51,339 bases of DNA from Nemertoderma westbladi (GCA_032718475.1 JAUCBJ010005944.1:1-51339), one strand, 5' to 3'; shown: positions 35,101 to 46,635, counted from the stretch's first letter. The notes: generated by a model not told the origin, from the letters alone. Translations and numbers: made by a program.

Positions 35101-37284
35101 TAACCCCCAACGAATATTGAACCAGAAACATTTCCCTTTTCTTATCGATGTATTCGTTTAACGTTTCCTTTTCCGATCGTCGTTCTAGTAAAATTTGCAA
35201 TCCGTTTAGACTAATAATTCTACCGCTACTATACCGTAAATTTTTCCAGTATTAGCTGATTAGCAAATCCATTTCAAAAAAATAAAGTAACAAATTAGTT
35301 AGAAAAGAGGTTAGAAACAACAACAAACGACAATAAAATAGCTTAAAAAAAGACAAAAAATAATCTAACGGTTGCGACATAAAAACAACTTTATAATCGC
35401 AGTAGAGAGTTGTTACCTCTGGTGACACTGAGTGTGAAGTCATCGTCTTTGACGACACCCCCATCCTCCGGTTTCAGCGTGTCGCCCGTATCTCGTAGAG
35501 CAGCACGTCGTAACTCAGCCGCCTTGGCGTTCACACGAGACGCGTAGCTAACCTTCTCATGAACCTTCAGTCCCTTTTGTCGCTGACGTTCCTAAACGTA
35601 ATTTCGATAGTATTAATTTAATTCGTAATATCCAACTTTCACATGTATCTAACTATCTGGTTTAGCACTATGTATGTACTACTGTACATGTCTTGGAGTA
35701 TAGTGTTGTAATTTGGTGACTTTGACCTTCACACGTAATCTGTAAACCCGATCGATCGAAATCCCAATCGTAAACAACAAATCTTAAAGATCGAAACATG
35801 GTGAAGTAAACATGAGGTCATACCAGATCTACTTTTCTGGCAACCAACACAAGGAAACGTAGCCGTGGACGACCGGCTGTAACATATATAGACCAACTTA
35901 TGTTGGTTGTTCCTGGTTCGGAACAGTCAAACTTTGGACCATGAAAAGGAAACTTGTTAAGGTGTTTGTTAACCGAAGAGATAAAACCAGTACTCTGTGT
36001 TGCTTTCAATACCAGGCCTACTTGCAGTAAATTAGTATTTCAGATGGAGATGAATTCACAAAATGTCTACCAGTTACTATATACCGGGGTTGTACTTTGG
36101 GAACACAGTAAAGGTGTTTGTTTAGGTGAAGTGGGACTGTATTGGTGTCCGGGATACATCGCGGGACGATTACTCCAGTAAACGTACACATGAGATACGG
36201 TATAGTATGGTGGCCCTGATCGGTTAGTTTTGTAATCTTTTTTTAGTTTCTTCAACTTTTGCAAACTCGTTCGAACGACTTTACAAACCTCGGGGAAACA
36301 AATCTAACTGGCTGAAGTGGTTTCTATACCAACAAACAGAACAAACATCTAATCAAGTTTGTTTTCCCGACTTTTTCAATCTCGTTCGAACCACTTTATT
36401 AAACTCGGGAAAATAAATTTGAGTACCGAGAGGCGCAGTAATGATATTTACATAAATATACTGTACAAGGGTAAAAAACGCATAAGTCTGCTTTTTCGTA
36501 CAATGATGTTCGTAATTTTGTTAAATTATGTCAACCAAAAAAATAATTAGAATCTCATTACCTGTTTGCGACGTTGTCGTTCTTTATCGCGCAGCATAAA
36601 TATATCGTTATCCGAGGGCATTCGGAAGGGATTGGAATCTTTCGTGGCGATATCGTCCAAAGTCGAAGACTTCCTACCTCGGTGACTCGGTCCACTGCCT
36701 TAAATATAAGAATAAGGTTGATTATCGTGTACTGTAGGTACCGGGATGTTGAGGTACTCGGTAGTGTAGGCCTACCACACTCAACCTTAGTAATTAATGT
36801 GTAAATAATAGCGATCTCCACTAAGTAGGCCTACTAAGTAGTACTGTATCTCTATACCTAATAGAGATCGCTATGGTGTAAACATACTGGAGGCTACAGA
36901 CCTACTGTAGCTCCGCGTAAATTACAGTATGCATACAGACATTATAGACCTATACAGAACACTAGGCGCTAGTCTATAATGTGACGACGAATACTACTAC
37001 AGTATACTAAAACAAAAATATCATTAATTATATTAATTAAACATGTACCGTTATGAATATTCAATGCAACTAAATGGACAGGTCTGTACATTACAGTATG
37101 AAGAACAAAACTCAAGAACTTCCAGTCATGTATAAACAATTCATTATTCGCCAACTTACGACTCACCAGATTTCTCTGATGCGGAGAACGTGACTCGACC
37201 ACTCTGTCGCGATGACAACGCGTTGCCAGGACCTTCAGCTGATGTGGTCCGAGTCGAGCCAGGAGAAACTGTTGCTAACGCCAT
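11029..37284 (-). CDS. CFAP100: CFAP100/CCDC37-like cilia- and flagella-associated protein, 5' six exons (gene continues beyond left edge)
   Basis: Exons 37284-37167, 36698-36562, 35591-35417, 35184-34953, 13932-13740, 11140-11029, all GT-AG with matching phases (1,0,1,2,0,1). Spliced peptide includes NPFRMPSDNDIFMLRDKERQRRKQER..LKVHEK and KREMFLVQYSLGVKRDEMRKLEE..AEQYLEDDAAMFDEFLQENDKNSVEAIKIAEAETKAKLEKVAEIKKINSQI..LKSEISKNEETLREYILYKKFL..LAPEEW, which I recognise as the CFAP100/DUF4200 region. Confidence 0.88.
11165..12920. mobile_element. Non-autonomous DNA transposon with ~41-bp TIRs beginning CACCATG
   Basis: Left CACCATGACCCGTAATATAGTGTCATTTTCTGATGACACGG; reverse complement (with 2-nt insertion) at ~12878-12920. 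An internal ~160-bp unit at ~11500-11660 is inverted relative to three tandem copies at ~12415-12870. No clear TSD. Confidence 0.8.
13125..13167 (-). ncRNA. Minimal type I hammerhead ribozyme (second, inverted copy)
   Basis: Exact reverse complement of 13361-13403. Confidence 0.9.
13361..13403 (+). ncRNA. Minimal type I hammerhead ribozyme
   Basis: accacg CTGATGA gacc cagtaa ggtc GAAA cgcg TA cgtggt: helix I accacg/cgtggt, core CUGAUGA, helix II gacc/ggtc, GAAA, palindromic mini helix III ACGCGT, GUA cleavage triplet. Confidence 0.9.
13740..13932 (-). CDS. CFAP100: CFAP100-like exon 5
   Basis: ctctgcag|A GCT GAA...aag|gtaaaa; phase 2 joins exon 4 (AT|A = Ile). Confidence 0.9.
14259..34798 (+). 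CDS. Uncharacterised nested multi-exon gene, coiled-coil protein of 237 aa (up to 298 aa with optional segments)
   Basis: Exons 14259-14362, 15810-15945, 23802-23953, 32674-32765 (alternative donor 32828), optional 34264-34383, 34569-34798. All GT-AG, phases 2,0,2,1,(1) join without stops; AATAAA at 34895. Confidence 0.75.
14497..15673. mobile_element. Foldback/palindromic non-autonomous DNA element with a duplicated left arm segment
   Basis: ~14780-15180 is the reverse complement of ~15255-15669. 14497-14775 is a direct copy of 14776-15053. The right terminus reads CACCATGTCCCAGAATATAGTGTCG on the minus strand. Confidence 0.8.
15974..23603. repeat. Tandem array, 32-bp unit ATGTGCTCGCTCGACCTATTAGTAGTAGTAGT, about 240 copies
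   Basis: Directly visible; the number of TAG triplets varies between units (29/32/35-bp variants). Confidence 0.98.
24193..24216 (+). other. Degenerate hammerhead-like motif
   Basis: CTGATGA GGCCT TAT AGGCC AAAA: core and helix II intact, GAAA replaced by AAAA; helices I/III not evident. Confidence 0.45.
25313..29488. repeat. Tandem array, 27-bp unit CTTCCTTTGTTTGAGGTTGGTGTTTGG, about 155 copies
   Basis: Directly visible; encodes (GSQTPTSNK)n on the minus strand and (LPLFEVGVW)n on the plus strand, with scattered frameshifts. Confidence 0.98.
29489..29720 (-). pseudogene. Degenerate DNA-transposase-like C-terminal fragment leading into the 27-bp array
   Basis: One frame reads MARTAALIRHQLGLKKLQL*HSNLRRITQTQKLKQIQWNHEQFEIRNGCCFCSQCLSGVGYC...RKGSQTPTSNK. 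The R-x-x-CFC-x-x-C pattern recalls Sola-like transposase C-termini (from memory, unverified). Confidence 0.35.
30085..30625. repeat. 21-bp tandem repeat CCCCAAAACAAATACATTTTC, about 25 copies
   Basis: Directly visible; explains ORFs 29999..30610 and 30078..30578. Confidence 0.92.
30702..30937 (+). mobile_element. MITE with TIR GGGGGAA(A)CTGGACGCAA
   Basis: gggggaactggacgcaa ... ttgcgtccagtttccccc; second copy inverted at 32291-32519. Confidence 0.8.
31235..31455. repeat. 21-bp tandem repeat TTTTGGGGGATGAATAATTGT, about 10 copies
   Basis: Directly visible; related to the 30085-30625 array in inverted orientation. Confidence 0.85.
31815..32045 (+). mobile_element. Internally deleted RTE LINE fragment
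   Basis: Matches ~33375-33428 joined to ~33555-33705. Confidence 0.8.
32291..32519 (-). mobile_element. Second copy of the ~235-bp MITE
   Basis: Reverse complement of 30702-30937 with substitutions. Confidence 0.8.
32985..33867 (+). mobile_element. 5'-truncated RTE-like LINE (RT C-terminal half) with (TAG)n tail
   Basis: DTDFADDIALL, GLHINATKTE, FQYLGS, FLYGGETWTL, RRLRFHGHC, RGRP. Premature TAA at 33588-33590; frame ends VRVRST* and runs directly into TAGTAGTAGTAG. Confidence 0.92.
34953..35184 (-). CDS. CFAP100: CFAP100-like exon 4
   Basis: ttttactag|...aat|gttagt; lies within ORF 34940..35200. Confidence 0.92.
35417..35591 (-). CDS. CFAP100: CFAP100-like exon 3
   Basis: tttag|...gag|gtaaca; encodes ERQRQKGLKVHEKVSYASRVNAK...FTLSVTR. 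Confidence 0.85.
35810..35897 (+). mobile_element. Short RTE LINE fragment
   Basis: Matches ~33665-33755 (gaggtcataccagatctactt..ctggcaaccaac..gtggacgaccggc). Confidence 0.7.
36562..36698 (-). CDS. CFAP100: CFAP100-like exon 2
   Basis: tttaag|...cag|gtaatg; encodes ...DSNPFRMPSDNDIFMLRDKERQRRKQ. Confidence 0.85.
37167..37284 (-). CDS. CFAP100: CFAP100-like exon 1 (MALATVSPGSTRTTSAEGPGNALSSRQSGRVTFSASEKS)
   Basis: accATGG start, G|GTGAGT donor, phase 1 matches exon 2; peptide not conserved enough to recognise. Confidence 0.65.
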
Positions 37285-37440
37285 GGTTAAATAATTAGTA
37301 GAATTATATATCTTTATATTAATGTAATTGTTTTTAAATTATGATAATGGTCATCACGTTGTAAATAAATAATTATTATATATAAGTAATTTAATCATGA
37401 CTTATTGAGCAAAAGTGAAAAGTAAATTGTCAAAAAAAAT

Positions 37441-37494
37441 GAATTCGACACCAGCGGGGATAGAACCCACGCCTCCCGATAATCGTTCAGATGG
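37441..37494 (-). repeat. tRNA-derived SINE head fragment
   Basis: Minus strand ...gattatcgggaggcgtGGGTTCTATCCCcgctggtgtcg has a degenerate box B/T-arm; no complete cloverleaf. Confidence 0.4.
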
Positions 37495-37987
37495 ATGGAA
37501 TCAATAATGATTATTTATACGCGGAAAATTCTTTGTTTATAAAATAAAAGTTGCCATGGGTTAATAGGTCAGGGATTACTAAGAAAGTCTGACGACTTAT
37601 TTCCAGCGCGGTTGCCCCAGAAAATTATATGTGAGGCAGACAGCGCCCTGGCAAGTCTTTAATTTAAAGCATTCTTGCCGAACTCCAAACACCTCTCGTT
37701 GGGCGCCTGTGGAACCAGAGGCTTTAATTAGCCTACTTATGATGTGTTATGAACCATTGCGCCTGGCGTAGTATGTCCCCTACTACAGTATTTATTGAAT
37801 AATATGAAAGCCTTACTGTAGTGTAAGCCTAGCTGATTCAAGTCCTCAAGTATCAAGTACTGTATGATCACTGTAAGATACGTAAATCATGTTATTATAT
37901 TATTTTCTGCTTTACGGTACCTACTATAACCTGGAAATCAATAAACACACAATGCTAGATTCAGCTGATTAATATTGGTGCTTTGTT

Positions 37988-38000
37988 GTTGCATAGCAAC
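37988..38000. promoter_or_regulatory. Candidate RFX X-box upstream of the CFAP100-like gene
   Basis: Palindromic GTTGC ATA GCAAC ~700 bp upstream of the ATG; a half-site GTTGCCATGG lies at 37550-37559. Confidence 0.4.
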
Positions 38001-38384
38001 CACACTATACTATTGCAGTGGGAAATTCAAATTGTCCTACCATTTGTGAGTTTTCTTAAAGGTTCATTGAAAGTGGTTCCCCACGCCAAGGCTACACTAC
38101 CATGGTACACACCTACAGTGTACATACTGTTTTGTCTACTGTAGTACTACCGGTAAAGTGTACAGTACACAGTAACCTTAATACATACAGTACAGTAGTA
38201 ACATATAGTTTACATACAATTATTGTGCAGGCAATTCCAGGATGACATGGCATTAATTAAACAATTAAAGTTGACATGACGTTATTACCGACTTTGCAAA
38301 GCAGTGCCCAACATGGCAACAAAAGTTATAATGGCATTAATGGTAATCATGTTTGCTCCATTGAGAAAATATTATGGTAATTAC

Positions 38385-39434
38385 TGTAGTGTAATAGTTG
38401 AGTTCTTGAGTATTCCCTTTTCGTTTAGTGTTTAGAATAGGATACCAGAGAGAGACAACCATATACCGGTATATGTTTGAGTATTCCCCTGGTCTCGACC
38501 CAACAAAGATAGGAACGAACCGCACCCCCCGTAATTGATACGCCGCCGACCGCACCATAATAATATACCGGTACTCAAGTTCAATAATGTTCACCTGTGT
38601 ACGCGGAAATGCGAGATCGAGACTGGGACAAGATATTGGCGGACAACGACAAGGTGGGATTATACTGTACTGTATTATCTACGCTTGTTAATTAAAGAAA
38701 CTCCACTCAGCTATGTTGGACTCTTGTAAGAACAATTACGGGTTTGTTAGATATTCAACTCGTGCAAATCGCTTAGGTACTTTTTGTGGCAACGCCTCCG
38801 AGACAATAGCTCGTTGGGCGCTTATACAGTTAGTTACTGGTGACGCCGCTTCTCTTGTATAATACTAGATGGTAGACCTGAGACACGTTCCTCCTACCAA
38901 GACGATTCTCCCATCTTCCAGCCAGGTCACCGCCCGACTACGAGAATATTTTGTCTACTGTACTCCACTTCCACCTTCACTCTATGGGGGGCCACAGTAT
39001 AACTCGAAACATTTCGAGAAATGTTGTGATCATTGGGGCGTTCAGAGAACCATCTAGGCCGTATATCCCAAGATCCAACGGCCATGTCGAGATTAATGTC
39101 AACATCTTGAAAAATCTTGTTGTCAAGGCTGATTGCAAGCTGTAGGATCTATGGCAAGATAGATACAGAGCCTTTTCTAGAAGGCCCACTTAAGCAACAC
39201 TCCACGACTGAATGGCCATCCACCCACCCAAGTTGTTGAGGACATCCTTTGCGGTCCCAGGTTCCAACCCATTTCTACATCTTTGCCAGAGAGTGGCAAC
39301 AGGCTGCTGAGAAAACCGACGAAATTTCCTGGTACTATTGATAATAGAACGAATGGGAATCTCAAAAAAACTACAAGTTGGAACCAAAGTGCTTATCCGG
39401 AACACTATTTTCAACGCTGGTCTCGTACAGGCCG
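38385..39434 (+). mobile_element. Degenerate Gypsy-type LTR retroelement remnant (candidate LTR/PBS and integrase core)
   Basis: Frameshifted GGPQYNSKHFEKCCDHWGV..PYIPRSNGHVE..NTPRLNG integrase motifs at ~38985-39240; possible TG...CA LTR 38385-38828 followed by TGGTGACG. Confidence 0.6.
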
Positions 39435-40228
39435 TAGTGTTGTCCAAAATTGATCGAACATCGATAATCGATCGAAAATAATGTCAATATTAATCGATCG
39501 AAATTTTTTTTGGGTTTGAAATGATTTTCGATTAATTTTTGTAATTTTTCACTATATGGAATAATCAAACAAAAAACAACAAAAACACCAAAACAAACAA
39601 AAAAGCTTCAAAATACTGTTTATTCTGGATAAGGCACCAGATCGTAATTTGAATTTAGAAACATCAACATGTTGACGTTACCCGGCGTCAACAAGCCTCT
39701 CAGGTTTTAGCGCATATAAGACCTGTTTCAGAGAACATACGTTCAGAAGGTACTGATGTAGCCGTAATCGCTAGAAACTTCTTAGCTAGTTTACTTAGCA
39801 GTGGGTATTTCTCTTCTTTCTTTTTCCACCAAGCTAGTGGATCACCTATGGGATGAAATGACTCATCCTGACTAATAAATGACTCAGCCTTGCTGCTAGC
39901 TAGTAACATCCTAAGTACAACAAACTGTATGTTACTGTAGGTGGGATTTGATTATTTTCTACAACTCCTACACTACTACTGTATGTACTGTACTCTACAT
40001 TGACCATATAATATGGTAATATATTATTATAAATTAAGTGAAAAGGAGCAGGTTACAGTAATAAATAAATTTTGATTCCCACCCCCCCCCCCCCCGCCCC
40101 CTATTAGATAATAATACATTAATAACTAAAGTTTTTAAATATTTGTAATCATCGAAAATCATCGATAATCGATCGAAAATGTCTCATAATCGATCGAAAT
40201 ATTTTGGAAATTTCGATGGACAACGCTA
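39435..40228 (-). mobile_element. Internally deleted hAT transposon retaining the C-terminal dimerisation domain
   Basis: TIRs TAGTGTTGTCC / GGACAACGCTA, subterminal ATCGAT repeats, near-TSD gtacaggc/gtacaggg; ORF DPLAWWKKKEEKYPLLSKLAKKFLAITATSVPSERMFS. Confidence 0.88.
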
Positions 40229-40879
40229 GTACAGGGGTTATAATAATGAATACAAGAAAGCAAGGGATGTGGTGAGTTAAAATTCTCAGTTACTCAATGG
40301 GTAGCTGGCATTAAGTAGGGGGGGGGGGGGGGGGGGGGGGGTTGTGGTTAAACTCTTGTCTCGAGGATTGTTTCGAGGTATGGGGCCAAAAAAAACGAAC
40401 ATCGAAAATTTAAAAAATTACCAAAATTATTGAAAAAAGTTGAAACTTTATTAATTTGTCGGTATGCGAAATTTTAATAAATTCCATCGAGTAGTTCCTG
40501 AGAAAAATGAACCTCAGTATTCAAAAAACTGAAAAATTCCATTTTGAGAAAAATGACTATAGGGTAGTTTTAACTAAATTTTCAGTCTACTGTCTTTCAA
40601 AACGAAGTAATTATTTCACCAGCCTAAAATTTTCGCATTGGGGTTTTCTTGGACTGTTATTTCATTTTTGATGTTAGTTTTTAAATTTGATGATATCCTG
40701 ACTGTCTGTATGTCTGTCTGTCTTTCTGTGCAAAACTAAGAAAGCATTGTATTGCCTAATATTCACGCCATAGTGGTTTTCCTGGGCGGGGATTTCATAT
40801 CCGATGTCAGTTTTAGGTTTGTCAATATCTAGAATGTCTGTCTGTATGTCTGCCTGTGGAAGGGTTATGCTTTCTAAGA

Positions 40880-41060
40880 CAGACAGACGCCGTCAACCAC
40901 ATTATCGGAATTGCAGCCGATGAGAACCAACAGCCCGAAAATATACGGTAATAGATGGCCAAACCAATCTTTAAGGTTTCATTACTGATGCCACCTGGGC
41001 CTGTGGCATTCTTATTTTTCGAATATGCCCCAACCTCTGTAATTTCACATTGACGAATTT
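40880..41060 (-). mobile_element. Degenerate LINE RT N-terminal fragment
   Basis: NKNATGPGGISNETLK...IF......IP.MW.TA.V resembles the KAPGPDGI...IP..WK.A.V motif. Confidence 0.5.
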
Positions 41061-41794
41061 GAGTCCAGGTTTTCACCTTATGTCTGTTCTGGCACACTCA
41101 GGCATTGAGGTGCGTTTTCTGCAGACATTAATTTTTTAAAATGTTCAAGAGAACCATGCTTCTTTTTGAATCGTTGTGAGACGTACAGTACTGCCTTATC
41201 ATCTAAGTTGTTACTTACAGTAGTTTTCAACAACCGCCTAAGTTTCTACGTGGCTCTTGATATTTTGAAGCAACACTTAAGTAAAGTGAACCTTAGTTAA
41301 GGTTGTTTTATGCAACTGGCCCCTGCTGAAAGCAAAAGGGTGTATGTCGGGTGACAGTTAAAACCATCCATTAATTAAATATGAATGAACACAATTTAAT
41401 TACGGGAGGTATTAATATTCTATTTCAATATTTAAAAAAAATACCATTACGATACTTTTAACTGAGAATTGGTTATACAATAATAAAATTATATAAAATG
41501 ACAAAGATTTACTCAAAACATTTCGGTTTTTAAAACATTATTGTATCATATTATTAAATCACGTTAATTTTAAGGCGTGCGTGGATATTATTAGCTAACT
41601 ACAGTATGTAAATGTTTTACTTTAACGCTTTGCGTACCAACACTTAAAAAAGGCGACACACTGCCGCCTTTTTCATTCTAATTAATTTAGGACCATGTCC
41701 ATTAAGGCGGCAGTGTGCCTTTAGTTAGTTATAACTTAACGCCTAGGGCTGCAGAACGCCGCCTTTACATATTTTATCCTTGATTATTTTATCC

Positions 41795-42082
41795 TATGAT
41801 TTCTGCGATCTCCTTGATAGTTTTGGTCTGACTCAGCATGTGAAACAACCAACCCATATACATGGTCACACACTAGATCTTCTTGTAACCACCGACGATT
41901 CTAGCAGTGTTGTCTCGGATCTTTTGGTACGTGATATTGGACTTTCCGACCACTTTATAGTGTCTTTCAAAATAATTTCATATAAGCCCCAGCCTATTTC
42001 AACATCTGTTAGTTACCGCAATATCTCGCGAATCAATGTGGAATCCTTCTGTAATGATATAGAGGACACCGACTTGCTATAA
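41795..42082 (+). mobile_element. LINE (L2/CR1-type) AP-endonuclease C-terminal fragment
   Basis: LTQHVKQPTHIHGHTLDLLVT...LSDHFIV. Confidence 0.8.
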
Positions 42083-42280
42083 AAGTTAAGGATCACAAAT
42101 AAATCAAGTATATTAATTCAATATAATTTAATAATATATATTAAACCAAAGTTAGTATAATGCCAACTCGTACCTTGTAACCATAATAATTATATATCCT
42201 TATGACCGGCTGCCTATGTACAGCTGTTACCCCTCACCATATAATATAAACTCTATACCTTTACATGATTAAACCTGTAT

Positions 42281-44970
42281 AACCCTTTCTACCCCTTCAC
42301 GAGATTGTCTTCACATCACGAATGTTAACCGATCGACCATCATCTAATATCACAACTTGCGGGAATGGTCGTTTAATAACAGTTCCAGGATTGTAGAATC
42401 GGGGACTCAGTTTAGGGGCGTTATGTGCTCTGACAATCACCTTATCACCAATAAAAATAGGGGTTTTCTGTTGAACATCAGTCATATTTGAAATCGGTGG
42501 ATTCTGTATTTTTCCACTCACTGCTTGTAATGGTGAAGAACCCAAAGAGTCATGATAAATTCGATTGATGTTGTATATAGCTTCTTGAAGATTATCTAAC
42601 CAACCATTACCCATTGTTCGGAGGCGATCGTTTCAAGTCATGTGAACTCTCTCACATATAGAGTTACCTTGCGGGTGATAACTGATAGTATGTTTACCAT
42701 CTATATTATATTTGGTTATAATAGGATTAAATAGAGAACTCATAAAATTTGATCCCCGATCAGACAATAGAAGTCTAGGCGGACCAAACTTATATACCCA
42801 ATGTTCTATAAATGCTTTAGCTACTGTCTTGCTGTCCGTTCGTACTAAATGGAATACTGTACCAACCAAGTATCTGGTTGAGTGGTCAATAACTGGTAAT
42901 ACATAGTTAAAACCTGATCTTTGAGTTGGTAAAGGTCCAACCATATCTATCGCGACGTATTCGAACGGGGATAATTCAGGGGCAGAAGGTAATTTTTCAC
43001 TTGGAGGTTGAAATTGGTTATATGATTTATATGATTTACAAATTCCGCATAAATCGAAGATTTCTTTTATCCGTTTACACAAATTTGGACACCAAAGACC
43101 AGCTGACAATATATTTAATTTAGTTTTTTTCCAGTTGAAATGGCCAGCTGAGTGATATTGCGATAATATATTATAAATTTCGTCATTAGGAAGTCAGGCT
43201 CGGCTCGGCTCGTTACTCGGCCAAAGTACATCAATATTCCATTCTCGATAGAATAATTATTGGTAATGCAGTTGAATTGATGAGCTTATGAAGTTCTGGG
43301 TCCTGTGACTGGCGTCTCTTCCAATCAGGATCTAATATAGCAGAAACAGCAAAGCAAGATGAAGGAATAAAACATTCAGCAGTGGGATTCAATATACAGT
43401 AGTCTTCGTGAATGACCGACTCAGTGCATCGGCTACAACATTGCAACTACCTGGGCGATACATCAACTCAAAGTCGTAACGACTAAGGTCGTCTCTCCAT
43501 CGTGCTTGCCTATGGCTAAAAATATCCCCAGTAAGCTGCAGTAACGGCTTATGATCGGTATATACATTAAACTTTCGTCCATGTAAGTATGGGTGAATTT
43601 CGAATCGCCCACTGTATAGCCAAGAACTCTCTATCAGATGACGAATATCTCTGTTGAGAGGATATTAACTTACGGCTAGCGAATGCAACCGAATGATATG
43701 GCTCTTTCGAATCATTGGGTTGGCATAAGACTGCACCAACGCATGGAACTCGCATCGACTTCCAATTGAAAAGACTCATTAAAATCCGGCATCTGTAAGA
43801 TTGGATCACACTGTATACAGTTCTTGAGGTGTATAAATGCATACTCACAACTATCAGACTAACAAAATTTATTTTGTGGTCGGTTTTGTAACTCATAAAG
43901 CGGTGCGGCAATGGTGGCAAAGTTCTGGATAAATCGCGAATAATAGTTTATCATACCACAGAATACTTGAACGTCATGAGGGGTATTAGGTCGCGCATAG
44001 TCTATTATAGAAGTGACCTTATCTGGATCACTGGATCTGCTCGAATCGTCCCGTTGTTAACAATGTATCCGAAGACACATCCTGTATTACGACCAAATTG
44101 ACACTTTTTAGGGTTCAGTTTCCAACCATCGTCACGCAGTTTATCGAAAATTTCCCTCAATGAATGCAAGTGATCTCCTATATAATGATCCGCAACCATT
44201 ATATCATCATAGTACGGATCTGAAGCTTTGGTATCACGCAATGTCTTCCCCAGTTCACGGTTACATGAAGCACCTGCGTTGTGTAACCCAAATGGTGTCA
44301 CCTTAAATTGCCACAATTGGTTTCCTGCCTTGAAAGCTATCTTTGGTTTGGAATCATTGGATAAGGGGATTTGCCAAAAAGCAGACTTCAAATCCAGTGT
44401 AGTAATTACTTTAGCTCCTGATAATTCGTCGAGTAGATCATCAATGCGCGGTAAGGGGTACTGATCCCGAACCATTATGTTATTTAATTTTGCATAATTT
44501 ACACAAAAACGTTTCTCGCCGTCTTTTTTTGGGACAAGTAAACAAGAAAAAGCCCATGGTGATGAACTTGGTTCAATCACATCGAGTTTCAACATTTTGT
44601 CAACATGTTCCATTATTTCTGCATTCTCCTTGGGGCTTCGCCTATAGGCTCTCTGAAATATTGGTGCGTTATTACCAATATTAATGGAATGTTCAGCAGA
44701 TTTATGCCGACCGAGTTCGAAATCAGATTTAACAAAGACATCATTGTAAGACCATAATAAAAACTTTAAGGAATCCAAATCGTCTTTCCACCAATTCGGA
44801 AACACAAACATTCCTAAAAACTCATCACGAGTTAATTGCGGTTCATTAATTCGACCAATAGCTGAACAAAATGATATTTCATTCGTATAAAAATTCAAAA
44901 CAGCTCCTAAATCGTACAAAATATCATGACCAATAATTATTTCGAAATCATTTGAACCTTGAGGCAATAT
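42281..44970 (-). mobile_element. Degenerate Ty3/Gypsy pol (protease end, RT, RNase H, integrase)
   Basis: IIIGHDIL; SSPWAFSCLLVPKKDGEKRFCVNY; YPLPRIDDLL; LDLKSAFWQ; PFGL; YYDDI; FASRKL..QQRYS..DREFLAI; IDMVGPLP; SDRGSNF; YHPQGNSICER. Multiple frameshifts; purine tract right after the integrase stop; order RT-RH-IN. Confidence 0.93.
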
Positions 44971-45300
44971 ACCAAACCAATTCTTACAAATAACGAATAA
45001 TGAAACAAAGTAAAAATTAAAATTACATATGTAAATTATGTATGTACCAGTTTTGATGTACTTCTAATGTGACGGGAGCCAACGGAGTTGGCAGTATTGA
45101 CTCCCGACTGGTGTGTGAATTGTACGCGTCACCGCGTCCGTGGGCTGCTGGCCTGCTGCTACTGGATATCTGTGATAGGCCAAAGGCCGTTGAAAATAAC
45201 TGAGTTCTGTTGTTAGTATTAATAATCACAGTAATTGATAGTAGCACAGTCTGAATATAATAGCATGCAATAACGGTTAGTGACGACGGTCAAAACTGTT

Positions 45301-45873
45301 CCGGTCTCACCACTGTAAGGAACCAACTAAACTGGTAATCAATAATCACAATGGTTATATCATTGACACATGTTAAATTACCCCTACACTACAGTGTGGC
45401 TTTAATATCCAATAGATGCGCTCTAATCACCCCCAATGTGCTTTCTCGCCCACCATTGGCTTAACCTAATTAATTGTCACATCGCCACTCCCTGTTGCCA
45501 CTGTCCCTGTGTGCTAGCCTTACCAGCTTGTTTGTCCCCTCTGAGGTGGTTTGACCTCTCACCTCTCCTTATGGCTTGCGGCGTGTATCGCCCCAGTTGG
45601 TTATGACTTATGAGGTGACATTATTGTTGGTAATGTCACCTCACCAACTATATTGGTAAAATGCCACTCGTCCCATTTTCGGTGGATAATGCACGGAATT
45701 GAATCCGCTTACATCTACTGCTTTTATAAATACTGAAATAGCCTAAGACAGTAAGAATCTAATATCAGGTAACCTACCTCAAATGATGAAATGCGCTAGT
45801 TTTATATTCAATAATATTAGGCGATATATTTTGAATCATAGCACTTAATTAATATTATTCATTATTATTAACA
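45301..45873 (-). mobile_element. Candidate PBS plus LTR
   Basis: Minus strand ...CCTTACA-G-TGGTGAGACCGG at 45320-45301; the far boundary (TGTTAAT at 45873) is a guess. Confidence 0.35.
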
Positions 45874-46635
45874 GTCTGCAGTAAAACAGGAAATTTAAGG
45901 TCTAAAATAAAAAAAATAAATAAAAACCCAATATTGTATAATTCCCTATAGGGAAATTTGTGATTTCCCTATAGGGAAATAAAAACTTCCCTATAGAGAA
46001 ATAAATGAGTTTCCCTATTGGGCTAATTTCCCAGACTGTAGTTGTACTGTACAGCCATTTCACTGCAGTGCAGTATTAGCTATAGCTACCGGCTGACTGG
46101 TAGCGGTACCCCTAAGCACCTGCAAAGTGCTAAAGTAGCCCTGAAACCTGTAGGCCTCACCCAACTGCCCAAGGTCATCTAAACAACATTTATTTAGTTA
46201 GATGGCCTTGGCCTCACCAGTCTCAGTCACCACCAGTCAGCCAGTAGCTGTTTTTTTTGTTTAGTTACTATACAGGTCAGGTAGGCCTAACTGATATCAT
46301 GGTACCGCGTACCGGTACTGTTCGCTGTTCAGTAATTGGCTGACAGCTTGATCATCTGACTGTCTGATCATTGGAGTATTGGACTGGTTAATTTATTTCA
46401 GTAGGCCTATTTATTATTATGGTGTAGGTAGGTAGGCCTAAACAACGTTTTCTGACTTTGATTTTACTTGAAATTACTTTGATTAAAGAACCTCATTTGG
46501 GGCCACCATTCCGGTGCCTAGTGCCTAGCCACCAGCTATACTGCTGTACTTAAATACTCTCCCAAACGAATTATTGCAAAATTGCATATTGCTGTATCCC
46601 CTATTGAAAAGTTTTATTTTCTGCGCCGAACGCGG

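Noticed and set aside
45940-46030. Repeated palindrome TTCCCTATAGGGAA
   Set aside because: Probably subterminal motifs of a small DNA element; ends could not be defined and no function is supportable.
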